From a virus (lineage: Duplodnaviria; Caudoviricetes), in IMG/VR virus record IMGVR_UViG_3300032290_001086: DNA of 64,000 nucleotides, one strand, 5' to 3'. A program made the position numbers and the translations under genes. Below are positions 55,881 to 64,000 of this stretch, in pieces (positions within the stretch are counted from its first letter, which is position 1; each line of letters opens with the position of its first letter). The notes under the pieces are model-generated. The model was given only the letters and a program-made list of their open reading frames with translations. It ran no database searches and was not told the DNA's origin.

Positions 55881-56873
55881 TTAGTATCCTCCCTCTCCTG
55901 TTCCGAACTCTGTTACCTCTACACCAGTAATAATTTCTGTTTCTTTGAAGTCTAATGTCAAGTTATATGCAACTGGTGCTGGTCCTAATTTGTTTGAATA
56001 ATGTGTAGCCCATACTCCATCTGGAGTGTAATCAATACTTACATTTGTAAGCACACAGGGTTTAATTTTGGGTAAACTTTTAATATCATTATTGTTATTA
56101 TTGTATACCCAATTCAAGTTAAAGATTCTTGGTACAGATAACCATCTGTCACTAAGTTCATTAAATGAGTTTCCTTCTTCTCCTTCAAATGCAGAAGTTC
56201 CACTATAATTAGGGAGTGCATGATATCTTAATGCTTTAATAATATTATCAATTTTAATTTGCTCGGATTCACTTCTAGGAACTAATTTCCAGGTGAAGTT
56301 AAAGTTTCTCATGCTTACTCCGCCGAAAATTTGTTCCTTATATGGATTTAAAACTTTTCCAGCGATACCTTGAGTCAATGCTTCACCACTAATACCAATA
56401 CTTTTTTCACTTAATTGTTTTAATAACATTCCAGCAAGACCATTTTGTGCCAAGGTCTGTAAGTTTGTTCCAATTGCATCCGTATTAGAATCGGTAAATC
56501 CTTTTGCAATAGAAGGTAAAATCTTTCCAATAGCTCCAATACTTTGCTCTCCCCAATCCATTGAATCTGAGTAATTTACTTTTTCTGGAATTGGTAGTAG
56601 AATCGTAGCTAAAGATTTTTTTGCTTTTGCTCCAGAAGACAATTGAACATTACTTAGTGTTCCTTTGTAAGAGGAGGATGTCCCTGGAGTGGAACTGCTA
56701 GATTCGGATGCAGCCATTCCTCCCAATCCAGATTGTGTGATTGGAGTGAAGTCTACAATATCAATCTTTAATAGGTCATACTTAGCAACAGTATCTGGCC
56801 AATATAAGTTTTTGAACTGTTGACCTCCTTGACCTTCTGCAGGTGGGGCGTAACTTTTTGAACCAGTACTCAT
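55881..56873 (-). CDS. gp48: Baseplate tail tube cap
   Basis: NPY.EQIF.G...R.F.FTWKL.PRS..E; L.FKETE. Confidence 0.85.
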   Translation of the reverse strand: MSTGSKSYAPPAEGQGGQQFKNLYWPDTVAKYDLLKIDIVDFTPITQSGLGGMAASESSSSTPGTSSSYKGTLSNVQLSSGAKAKKSLATILLPIPEKVNYSDSMDWGEQSIGAIGKILPSIAKGFTDSNTDAIGTNLQTLAQNGLAGMLLKQLSEKSIGISGEALTQGIAGKVLNPYKEQIFGGVSMRNFNFTWKLVPRSESEQIKIDNIIKALRYHALPNYSGTSAFEGEEGNSFNELSDRWLSVPRIFNLNWVYNNNNNDIKSLPKIKPCVLTNVSIDYTPDGVWATHYSNKLGPAPVAYNLTLDFKETEIITGVEVTEFGTGEGGY

Positions 56874-56909
56874 AAATAGTAGGTATAGATTGACATTTAT
56901 AAACTATTT

Positions 56910-57347
56910 ATGAGTACTTTAAAGGGAAAATTTTCTCCTAGAAATATTCATAAGTACAGAGGTGATTATAGAAATATAATTTACAGATCTTCATGGGAAC
57001 TTAAATTCATGAAGTATTGCGATGAAAGAGCTACTGTACTTGAGTGGGGAAGTGAAGAAATAGTAATTCCTTATAGATCTCCTTTAGATAATAGAATTCA
57101 CAGATATTTTGTCGATTTTTATGTGAAAATAAAAGATTCAAATAATAACATTACAAAATATTTAATTGAGATTAAGCCAAAAAAACAAACAGTAGAACCA
57201 AAGATTTCAAACAGAAAAACAAAAAGTTACATTTATGAAGTAACTGAATACGTAAAAAATCAAGCAAAGTGGTCTGCGGCTGAGGATTTTTGTCGAGATA
57301 GAAATTGGAAGTTTATGATACTCACCGAAAAGGAATTAAAGGTATGA
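56910..57347 (+). CDS. gp4: Head completion nuclease
   Basis: YRSSWE, W.SEE, YFVDF, EIKP, NQAKW. Confidence 0.92.
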   Translation: MSTLKGKFSPRNIHKYRGDYRNIIYRSSWELKFMKYCDERATVLEWGSEEIVIPYRSPLDNRIHRYFVDFYVKIKDSNNNITKYLIEIKPKKQTVEPKISNRKTKSYIYEVTEYVKNQAKWSAAEDFCRDRNWKFMILTEKELKV

Positions 57348-57946
57348 CATCATCTTTCAGAAATATGGTTCCACGATCTCCTTCCAATATAAGAGGAGGA
57401 GATAATATAAGTACTGGATTTGGTACTCCAGATCTTAGTGGTAATATTTTTTCAGACGTTAAAAAATTAGCCAGAGGAAGAGAAAGAAGCTATTCTTGGT
57501 ATCGTGATACAATAAGGATGGTTTCTAAGAAAAGTGATATTTACAAAACCTTATCTACTTGTAATGAAACTCTATCTCCAGTTGGAAGTAAATTATATTT
57601 TTTTGAATATAATGCAACCTGGGCAAAAAAATTAAAGTATTATGATGAGTTTCCTTTAGTATACATGCTCCAGGGGGGACCAAAATTTTTTGGAGCTAAT
57701 TTACATTATCTTACATATGCAAGAAGAGTTCAAGTAATAGAAAGTATTTTGAATGGAACACCAACAATTCCTAAACAGTGCTTTCATAATTATGTTTATG
57801 AAGGTCTTGAAACACCATTATTTGAAATAAATACTGATGATTGGAAAACCGCAATCTTCATACCAAATGAAAGTTTTGTTACAAGGAGAAGAGGATTGTA
57901 TCAACGAGTAAGTAAGTCTTTTGTTTGGGGAGATAGTAGCCAATGA
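57344..57946 (+). CDS. gp2: DNA end protector
   Basis: YYDEFPLV...GANLHYL. Confidence 0.85.
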   Translation: MTSSFRNMVPRSPSNIRGGDNISTGFGTPDLSGNIFSDVKKLARGRERSYSWYRDTIRMVSKKSDIYKTLSTCNETLSPVGSKLYFFEYNATWAKKLKYYDEFPLVYMLQGGPKFFGANLHYLTYARRVQVIESILNGTPTIPKQCFHNYVYEGLETPLFEINTDDWKTAIFIPNESFVTRRRGLYQRVSKSFVWGDSSQ

Positions 57947-58785
57947 CAACTAGAGCTTTTGATAGAAATATTGGAACTCTTAAAGAGTTCAAGTCTTATG
58001 TATCTAAATTTGGATACAGTATTAATAACTTTTATGATGTTCATTTTGACTTAACCAATTCCACTGGAGTTTTAAATAATATACTCAAAAGAGTTCCTGG
58101 GGGTGGTCAGCCAAATGCCAATGATCCATCCAACATGACTGGATTGATGAGATTCTATGCAGAAGAATGTTCTATTCCAGGATTTCAAATTTCCACAGGA
58201 GAATATCGTATTAATAATTCTCCCCAATTAAAATATGCATATGGAATTGTAAATAATGAAATTACATTTTCATTTATTGGGGATGCAAATTCAGAGATTA
58301 GAAAAACTTTTGATGCATGGCAAAGTTATATCTATGCACACAATGTTCCAAATTCACGACAAGCTACATCAGGAGTTTTAAATGTAAATCGCAAGCAAAA
58401 TTTAGGCAGAACTAGATATAGAGATGAATATGTTACTGATATTTTAGTTGTCAAGTTTGAAAAAGCTAATCAATTTGAGGTTACTAGTAAAGGTAATACT
58501 ATATTAAGTGATTTAGAAAGATCTGGAACATATATGAAATCTACTGACATAATTCCAGATTATAAACCAAAATCTTTACAGGAGAATATAAGTAATTTTG
58601 AAAAAGCAAAACCATTATATTCTGTACGATTAATGAATGCATTCCCTACAAATATTTCTTCAATCGGACTTTCTAGTGGTGCTTCAGAAATTGTAAAAGT
58701 GCAAGTTACATTTGAATATGAGACTGCAGTTACAAGTGCCCATAATAATGGAACCGTACAAGGAAGCATAGAAACAATTATCTAA
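57943..58785 (+). CDS. Tail tube initiator / tube-like baseplate protein (gp54/gp19-like)
   Basis: C.IPG, F..WQ..I, NAFP.NI, V.FEYE tube-fold motifs. Confidence 0.7.
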   Translation: MTTRAFDRNIGTLKEFKSYVSKFGYSINNFYDVHFDLTNSTGVLNNILKRVPGGGQPNANDPSNMTGLMRFYAEECSIPGFQISTGEYRINNSPQLKYAYGIVNNEITFSFIGDANSEIRKTFDAWQSYIYAHNVPNSRQATSGVLNVNRKQNLGRTRYRDEYVTDILVVKFEKANQFEVTSKGNTILSDLERSGTYMKSTDIIPDYKPKSLQENISNFEKAKPLYSVRLMNAFPTNISSIGLSSGASEIVKVQVTFEYETAVTSAHNNGTVQGSIETII

Positions 58786-58827
58786 AAGTAACCTAAATAA
58801 TTTCAAATTATGTTATAGTTTTATACT

Positions 58828-59538
58828 ATGCCTTTACCAAAATTAGTTGCCCCAACATATGAGTTGGAACTTCCTTCAACTGGAGATACAATTAAATATA
58901 GACCATTTCTAGTAAAAGAAGAAAAAATTCTTCTTCTTGCTATGGAATCTGAAGATGAAAAACAAATGACCAATGCAGTGAAAACTATTTTAAAGAACTG
59001 CATTTCTTCAAAAATTAAAGTAGATGATTTAGCAACATTTGATATCGAGTATCTATTTTTAAATATTCGTGCAAAGTCTGTTGGAGAAGAAATTGAATTA
59101 AATGTTCCATGTCCAGATGATAATCAAACTGTGGTTCCAGTTAAAATTAATGTAGAAGATATTAAGGTACAAAAATCAAAAGATCATAATAGAATTATTG
59201 AATTGAATGATTCGGTGTCTGTAGTCATGAAATATCCTAGTATGGAAACTTTTGTGAAGACTAATCTTTCTTCTAATGGAACTGCAGAAGATGTATTTGA
59301 AATTGCTGCATCTTGTATTGAGCAGGTTGTAGAAGGTGAAGATGTATATGAAACCAAGAGTTTCTCTAAAAAAGAAATTAATGATTTCCTTGATAGCTTA
59401 GACACGGCACAGTTCTTAAAAATTCAACAGTTTTTTGAAACTATGCCAAAACTTTCTCACACTATTAAAGTGACAAATCCAAATACTGATGTTACAAGTG
59501 ATGTAGTAATTGAAGGTCTAGCAAGTTTTTTCGCATAG
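58828..59538 (+). CDS. gp26: Baseplate hub assembly protein
   Basis: MPLPK...YRPFLVKEEK...FDIEYLFL.IRAKSVGE...EGLASFF. Confidence 0.92.
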   Translation: MPLPKLVAPTYELELPSTGDTIKYRPFLVKEEKILLLAMESEDEKQMTNAVKTILKNCISSKIKVDDLATFDIEYLFLNIRAKSVGEEIELNVPCPDDNQTVVPVKINVEDIKVQKSKDHNRIIELNDSVSVVMKYPSMETFVKTNLSSNGTAEDVFEIAASCIEQVVEGEDVYETKSFSKKEINDFLDSLDTAQFLKIQQFFETMPKLSHTIKVTNPNTDVTSDVVIEGLASFFA

Positions 59539-59720
59539 CCCTAGCTCATGAAACCTTAGAAAATTATTTTAGAATTAATTTTATATTGATACAACATCAT
59601 AAGTGGAATCTAAGTGAGCTAGAATTAATGATACCATGGGAACGAGAAGTTTATGTTCAAATGTTAATTGATTATATTGAAGACGAAAATAACAGACAAA
59701 AAACAACGCAGTCATTATAA
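59526..59720 (+). CDS. gp51: Baseplate hub assembly catalyst, start-less, in the -1 frame of gp26
   Basis: HETLENYFRINF.LIQHHKWNLSELELMIPWEREVY; no ATG before the conserved block. Confidence 0.8.
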   Translation, partial: FFRIALAHETLENYFRINFILIQHHKWNLSELELMIPWEREVYVQMLIDYIEDENNRQKTTQSL

Positions 59721-59723
59721 TAG

Positions 59724-62700
59724 ATGGCACAACTCAAACCTTCAATGAAATCATTTGGCCAAGCATTAACTGGTCAAAAATTAAAATCCTCTTATATTAA
59801 TCAATCAGCTTTTACTTCAAGTACTGCTGTAATGAGTGCTCCTGGAATGTCAACACCAGGAGCATTTTCTGCTGCAGAGTTAGGTGAATTATCTTCCATT
59901 AAAAAGAATTTAGTTTCGTTGGTTGCCATCGAAAAAAAGTATAATGATTTTCTTGGTGATAAAATTATAAAATTTGCAAGATCAGAAGAAAGAACAAAAC
60001 TTAAAAAGAGAGAATCTTCACAAGAAACCAAAGATAAAACAGAAAAGAAAGCAAAAGTTAATCCTGTTGTAAAAGGAGCCATGAAAGGTCTTGACGGACT
60101 TGTTGGCTTTTTTGGAGATTTATTTAAATGGTTTATTGGATATAAAATTGTAGAGTGGGTATCAAAACCAGAAAATTTAAAAAAGATTCAAGACTTTGCT
60201 AAATTATTTGTAGGAATATTTAAATTTATTAGCAACGTTGTAGGATTTGGCGTTGACAAAATAATGTCAGGTCTTAGCCATTTAGTTGATGGTGGTGGAA
60301 TTACAAGAGTATTTGGCGCTCTTGAAATGATCGTTGGATTCTTCACTTTAAAGTGGTTATTGAATCCGACCAAAATAATTTCTGATATTAAAATGATCGG
60401 GACATTATTTACAAAAATAATTCCGAACGCAATTAATGGAGTATTAAATTTCTTTACTAATTTAATACCTTCAGTTGCAACACAAGCTGTAGATACTGCA
60501 GTAAACGAAGGGTTGAAAGGAGCAGCTGCTGCAGGAACAGAAGCTGTTAAAACCGCTGCAGGACAGGTCACAGAGCAGGCAGCAAAGTCTGGAGGCAAAG
60601 CAGCAGCAGAGGGTGCTGCTAAGGGTGCTGCAAAAGGAGCAGGAGCAGTCGCAGCAAAAGGTGCCGCAAAGGGAGCAGCCAAGGGTGCAGGTAAGTCGTT
60701 ACTGAAAAAACTTCCTGTTATAGGAGCAGTCACAGGAGGAATCTTTGCAGTAGATAGAGCATCTAAAGGTGATTGGGTTGGAGCTGGGATGGAGGCTGCA
60801 TCTGGTGTAGCTTCTTTGTTACCTGGATGGGGAACTGCAGCATCAATAGGTATTGACGCAGCATTGGTAGCAAGAGATCTTGCCAAGGAAAAGGAAAAAG
60901 AAGATAAAAAAATTCCAAAATTAGCAAAAGGTGGTATTGTAACTAAACCTACTAAAGCAATAGTAGGAGAAGCTGGACCAGAAGCAATTCTTCCTTTAGA
61001 TAAATTAACTTCATTTACAGGAAAAGGTATTGAATCAGATGTAGGAAAAATAATTCCTAAATTTATGAAGATGTTGACGATTCCTTTCACTTTAGTTGGT
61101 GCTGGAATTATTGCATTAATGTCATCTTCATTAGCAGTAATTCCTGGCATCGGACCATTGATGCTGCCATTGATTTCTAGTATTGCTTCCACTTTTGGCA
61201 TTCCTCCTTCTATAGTTAAAGGAGTATCCAAGTTTGTAAAAAATCCAATAGAAGCAGTAAAGGGAGGAGCTAGTAATATATCTAAATTGTTTGGGGATAC
61301 TTCTCCTAGAGTATCAAAACAAAAGGGAGGAAAATTTACCCCATCAAACGATACTTCAGTTAGAGGATTGCTTGCTAATATTTTGGGAGCATTGGCAAGT
61401 AAAAATTCAGATCAACCAGTACCAAGTACACCTTCACCTTCTGGTGGATCTCCTTCTGGTGGATCTCCTTCTGGTACTGGTGGTTCAAGTCCTCCTCCAG
61501 GAGCAGGTACAGCAACTGCCACGGACAATGCAAAAGAATCAATAAAAAAGGCTGGTGGATTGCGAGAGGATGGAACTCTGAAAGGAGTTCAAGGTACTTT
61601 TATAGACAAGGGTAGGGGAGGAAAAGAATATTCTCCTGGAGGTGGTCTAAAAGCAGTAATTAATGGAAACCGAAAGTATTGGTATGATGCTACTGGAAAT
61701 GTATTTAAATGGGAAAAACCAGGAGATCCTTTAACAGATATTACATCAACTAAATTATTTGATTCAAAAACTTTAGGAGGTCCATTAGTAAGAATTCCTA
61801 GCACAGGAGAAGTTAAAATTCTAAAAGGATTGTTTGGTGGAGATCAAACTGCAGTTGGAATGTATAATTATGCAGTAGGTAAAGTATTAAAATCTAGACC
61901 TACGAAAGGACCCAAAGGAACATCTGGTTCGGATGTTTGGGAAGCTCCAACTGAAGGAATTTATGGAAAACCTGCAAAATTTAATAGTGGTGGTAGAGTA
62001 AAGGGCTCTGGTATTGGAGATAAACAGCCTGCATTACTTGAACCAGAAGAGTATGTATTGAATAAAAATTTAGTTAAAGCTATGGGTGGACCGAAGGTTT
62101 TAGATCCTTTAAATTTCAATCTTCATCCTAGATTTGGTACATCTAAAATTGCACAGATTCAAAGAAATGAAGAAAAAGCAAGTGGTGATGGAAGACCAAG
62201 AACAAGAATGCTTCAAATTGGAGGAGCAGCAATATTAGAAGGTGCGAAAAAAATAGCTGGAATGGGAAAGGGACAAGGTAATATGTGTGCCGCAACCACC
62301 AGAGCTGCATTAAGAGCTGCTGGACATCCTGATGCAGGAAAGGTTACTCAGAAAGGGGATTTAGACGCAGAAGGAACAAAATACAATGGAGTTAATTTTG
62401 CTGCATCTTTTGCAGGAAGTGATATGGGATCTATTATTAAAAATACTTCAGGATTGCAGGCTGGTGATGTTGTGTTGTGGAAAGGAGGAAATGGTTATCC
62501 TTCTGGGGCTATTACTCACGTTGGTATTAAAGGAGAAGGAAATGATCTTTGGCATCATGGCAGATCAGCTGGATTTAGAAAAGCTAGTATGTACACTAGT
62601 TCTGGAGGACAGACATTTGCAGCAGGAGTAAGATTAGGAGGAACTGGTACTGTAGGTGGTGGTCCTGGATCTACTTCAGAAACCCAAGAATCTGAAGTTT

Positions 62701-63035
62701 CTTGGGCAGATATTACTAAGAGTTTAGGAAGTTTATATAAAGGTTTAACTGGAACTCCTTCTCAAACAATTCCTCCTGCTCCTACGTTACCTCTTGCTCC
62801 TGCTCCAACCACATCTATTCCTTCATCATCTACTAGATTACAACAAGCACAACAAACTTCAAATCAAAATAAAGCAACACAACAAGCTTCTACAACAAAA
62901 CCATCTGGAGGTAATGTAGTCAGTCTTTCTCAAGGAACTAATGTAATCAATCAAACTCAGGTTGAAACTTTAGCTCCAGCTCTTGGAAATACTATTCCTC
63001 CCACACCTTTAACTGTATTCCCTGCAACTCCATAA
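59724..63035 (+). CDS. Tape-measure-like tail protein with C-terminal NlpC/P60-CHAP-like domain
   Basis: Amphipathic repeats, GEAGPEAI, LEPEEYV, CAATT...GDVVLW...HVGI. Confidence 0.75.
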   Translation: MAQLKPSMKSFGQALTGQKLKSSYINQSAFTSSTAVMSAPGMSTPGAFSAAELGELSSIKKNLVSLVAIEKKYNDFLGDKIIKFARSEERTKLKKRESSQETKDKTEKKAKVNPVVKGAMKGLDGLVGFFGDLFKWFIGYKIVEWVSKPENLKKIQDFAKLFVGIFKFISNVVGFGVDKIMSGLSHLVDGGGITRVFGALEMIVGFFTLKWLLNPTKIISDIKMIGTLFTKIIPNAINGVLNFFTNLIPSVATQAVDTAVNEGLKGAAAAGTEAVKTAAGQVTEQAAKSGGKAAAEGAAKGAAKGAGAVAAKGAAKGAAKGAGKSLLKKLPVIGAVTGGIFAVDRASKGDWVGAGMEAASGVASLLPGWGTAASIGIDAALVARDLAKEKEKEDKKIPKLAKGGIVTKPTKAIVGEAGPEAILPLDKLTSFTGKGIESDVGKIIPKFMKMLTIPFTLVGAGIIALMSSSLAVIPGIGPLMLPLISSIASTFGIPPSIVKGVSKFVKNPIEAVKGGASNISKLFGDTSPRVSKQKGGKFTPSNDTSVRGLLANILGALASKNSDQPVPSTPSPSGGSPSGGSPSGTGGSSPPPGAGTATATDNAKESIKKAGGLREDGTLKGVQGTFIDKGRGGKEYSPGGGLKAVINGNRKYWYDATGNVFKWEKPGDPLTDITSTKLFDSKTLGGPLVRIPSTGEVKILKGLFGGDQTAVGMYNYAVGKVLKSRPTKGPKGTSGSDVWEAPTEGIYGKPAKFNSGGRVKGSGIGDKQPALLEPEEYVLNKNLVKAMGGPKVLDPLNFNLHPRFGTSKIAQIQRNEEKASGDGRPRTRMLQIGGAAILEGAKKIAGMGKGQGNMCAATTRAALRAAGHPDAGKVTQKGDLDAEGTKYNGVNFAASFAGSDMGSIIKNTSGLQAGDVVLWKGGNGYPSGAITHVGIKGEGNDLWHHGRSAGFRKASMYTSSGGQTFAAGVRLGGTGTVGGGPGSTSETQESEVSWADITKSLGSLYKGLTGTPSQTIPPAPTLPLAPAPTTSIPSSSTRLQQAQQTSNQNKATQQASTTKPSGGNVVSLSQGTNVINQTQVETLAPALGNTIPPTPLTVFPATP
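61434..61474 (+). repeat. 15-nt tandem repeat encoding a PSGGS linker
   Basis: CCTTCTGGTGGATCT repeated about 2.6 times. Confidence 0.75.
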
Positions 63036-63036
63036 G

Positions 63037-64000
63037 ATGGCTATTTCTTCACCAATAAAACCATCTCCATTTTTAGTACCTGCAAGGCTTAAAGAACTTA
63101 AAGCCATAAATGTTTTGTCTAAAAAATTATATGAACATAAAAGAGATAGATTTTTGTTAGAGAAACGTTTATATAAACTTGAGCAAAAATCTCTAGAGAA
63201 AAGACAACTACAAGAAAGAGAGTCTTCTCAAGAATCTAAGAAAAAATTATCTTTAAAATCATCTGCTAAAAGATTTGTAAGGAATAAAGCAGTTGGATTA
63301 GGATCATTTTTATTTGATTTATTACAATTTTTTATTACGTATAAAGTAGTAGAATGGGTATCGAAACCAGAGAATAAGAAAAAAGTTTTAGCTATTACTA
63401 AAGCATTAAAGGGAATTTTTGATTTCCTTAGCTGGTTTGTGACTGGAACTATAGACAATGCATTTAGTGGATTGCATAGTGTTTTATTTGGAGAAACTTT
63501 ATTAGAAAGATTTTTAGGATTTTTTAAATTAGTAGTAGGTCTTCTTGGATTTAGATACTTACTGCGTCCTGGAAAACTGTTTAAAGATTTAGGATTTGTT
63601 ATAAAAAATAGTGGTAAAATATTAGATGTATTTACCTCTTTTAGAAAAGCTGGAATAAAAGAAGGGTCTGAAAAATTATTACAAACTCTTCCAAAAACTG
63701 CAGAAGTTTTCAAAAGAGGATTAACCAGAGGAATTACAAGAGGACTACTAAAGGTATTTGGAAAAGGTGGAGTTAGATTATTATCAAAAATATTTGGACC
63801 TGCTTTTAGAGCAGTAAAAAATATCATACTGGGTCCAATTAAAACTTTTGCAAAAACAACTGTAAAGGGTATTCCTATTGTAGGACCTTTATTAGATCTC
63901 GGAATTAATTTAGCTTTAGGAGATCCAATAGATAAGGCCATTGTAAAGGCTGCAGGTTCTGCATTAGGAATGGGTCTTGGTGGATTGATAGGATCCGCAT
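63037..64000 (+). CDS. Second tape-measure-like protein, 3'-truncated
   Basis: ATG 63037, open to the window end; YKVVEWVSKPEN matches the previous gene. Confidence 0.8.
   Translation, partial: MAISSPIKPSPFLVPARLKELKAINVLSKKLYEHKRDRFLLEKRLYKLEQKSLEKRQLQERESSQESKKKLSLKSSAKRFVRNKAVGLGSFLFDLLQFFITYKVVEWVSKPENKKKVLAITKALKGIFDFLSWFVTGTIDNAFSGLHSVLFGETLLERFLGFFKLVVGLLGFRYLLRPGKLFKDLGFVIKNSGKILDVFTSFRKAGIKEGSEKLLQTLPKTAEVFKRGLTRGITRGLLKVFGKGGVRLLSKIFGPAFRAVKNIILGPIKTFAKTTVKGIPIVGPLLDLGINLALGDPIDKAIVKAAGSALGMGLGGLIGSA

Noticed and set aside
60188-61231. 347-aa antisense ORF (also 63228-63941, 23700-24182 and other shadow ORFs)
   Set aside because: Shadows of sense genes with biased codon use
1-64000. 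CRISPR array, rRNA, integrase/IS, psbD
   Set aside because: No repeat-spacer periodicity or recognisable motifs seen

Overview
A 64-kb AT-rich segment of a T4-like cyanophage (cyanomyovirus). It runs from the 3' part of the major capsid gene (gp23) through the recombination/replication core (uvsY, uvsW, gp55, gp47/46, CobT/CobS-like pair, gp45/44/62, regA, hsp20, gp43, uvsX, gp41, mazG, gp61, nrdA/B). It then crosses late virion/internal-protein genes and a tRNA/ncRNA island of about 5 kb (6 of the window's 8 canonical tRNAs, 2 aberrant tRNA-like genes, manA- and wcaG-like RNAs, several unassigned structured RNAs). Next come host-derived genes (SLH outer-membrane protein, two hli, petF, psbA split by a group I intron with a LAGLIDADG ORF), lysis enzymes, tRNA-Ser and tRNA-Tyr, rnh, thyX, phoH, gp33/59/32, and the baseplate/tail module. 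The strongest observations are: (1) a minus-strand nitrogen-sensing cassette missed by the ORF track (NtcA box, tandem glutamine riboswitch, DUF4278 gene and a 27-aa peptide) that mirrors host gifB control; (2) GATC nearly absent from early/middle genes but at normal frequency in many late genes; (3) a -1 slippery site fusing gp26 to a start-less gp51; (4) two oppositely oriented promoter + conserved 18-mer + AT-rich elements that look like R-loop origins; (5) a four-unit pseudoknot-UGGY RNA array extending the wcaG motif. All calls come from reading the sequence by eye; no database searches were run.
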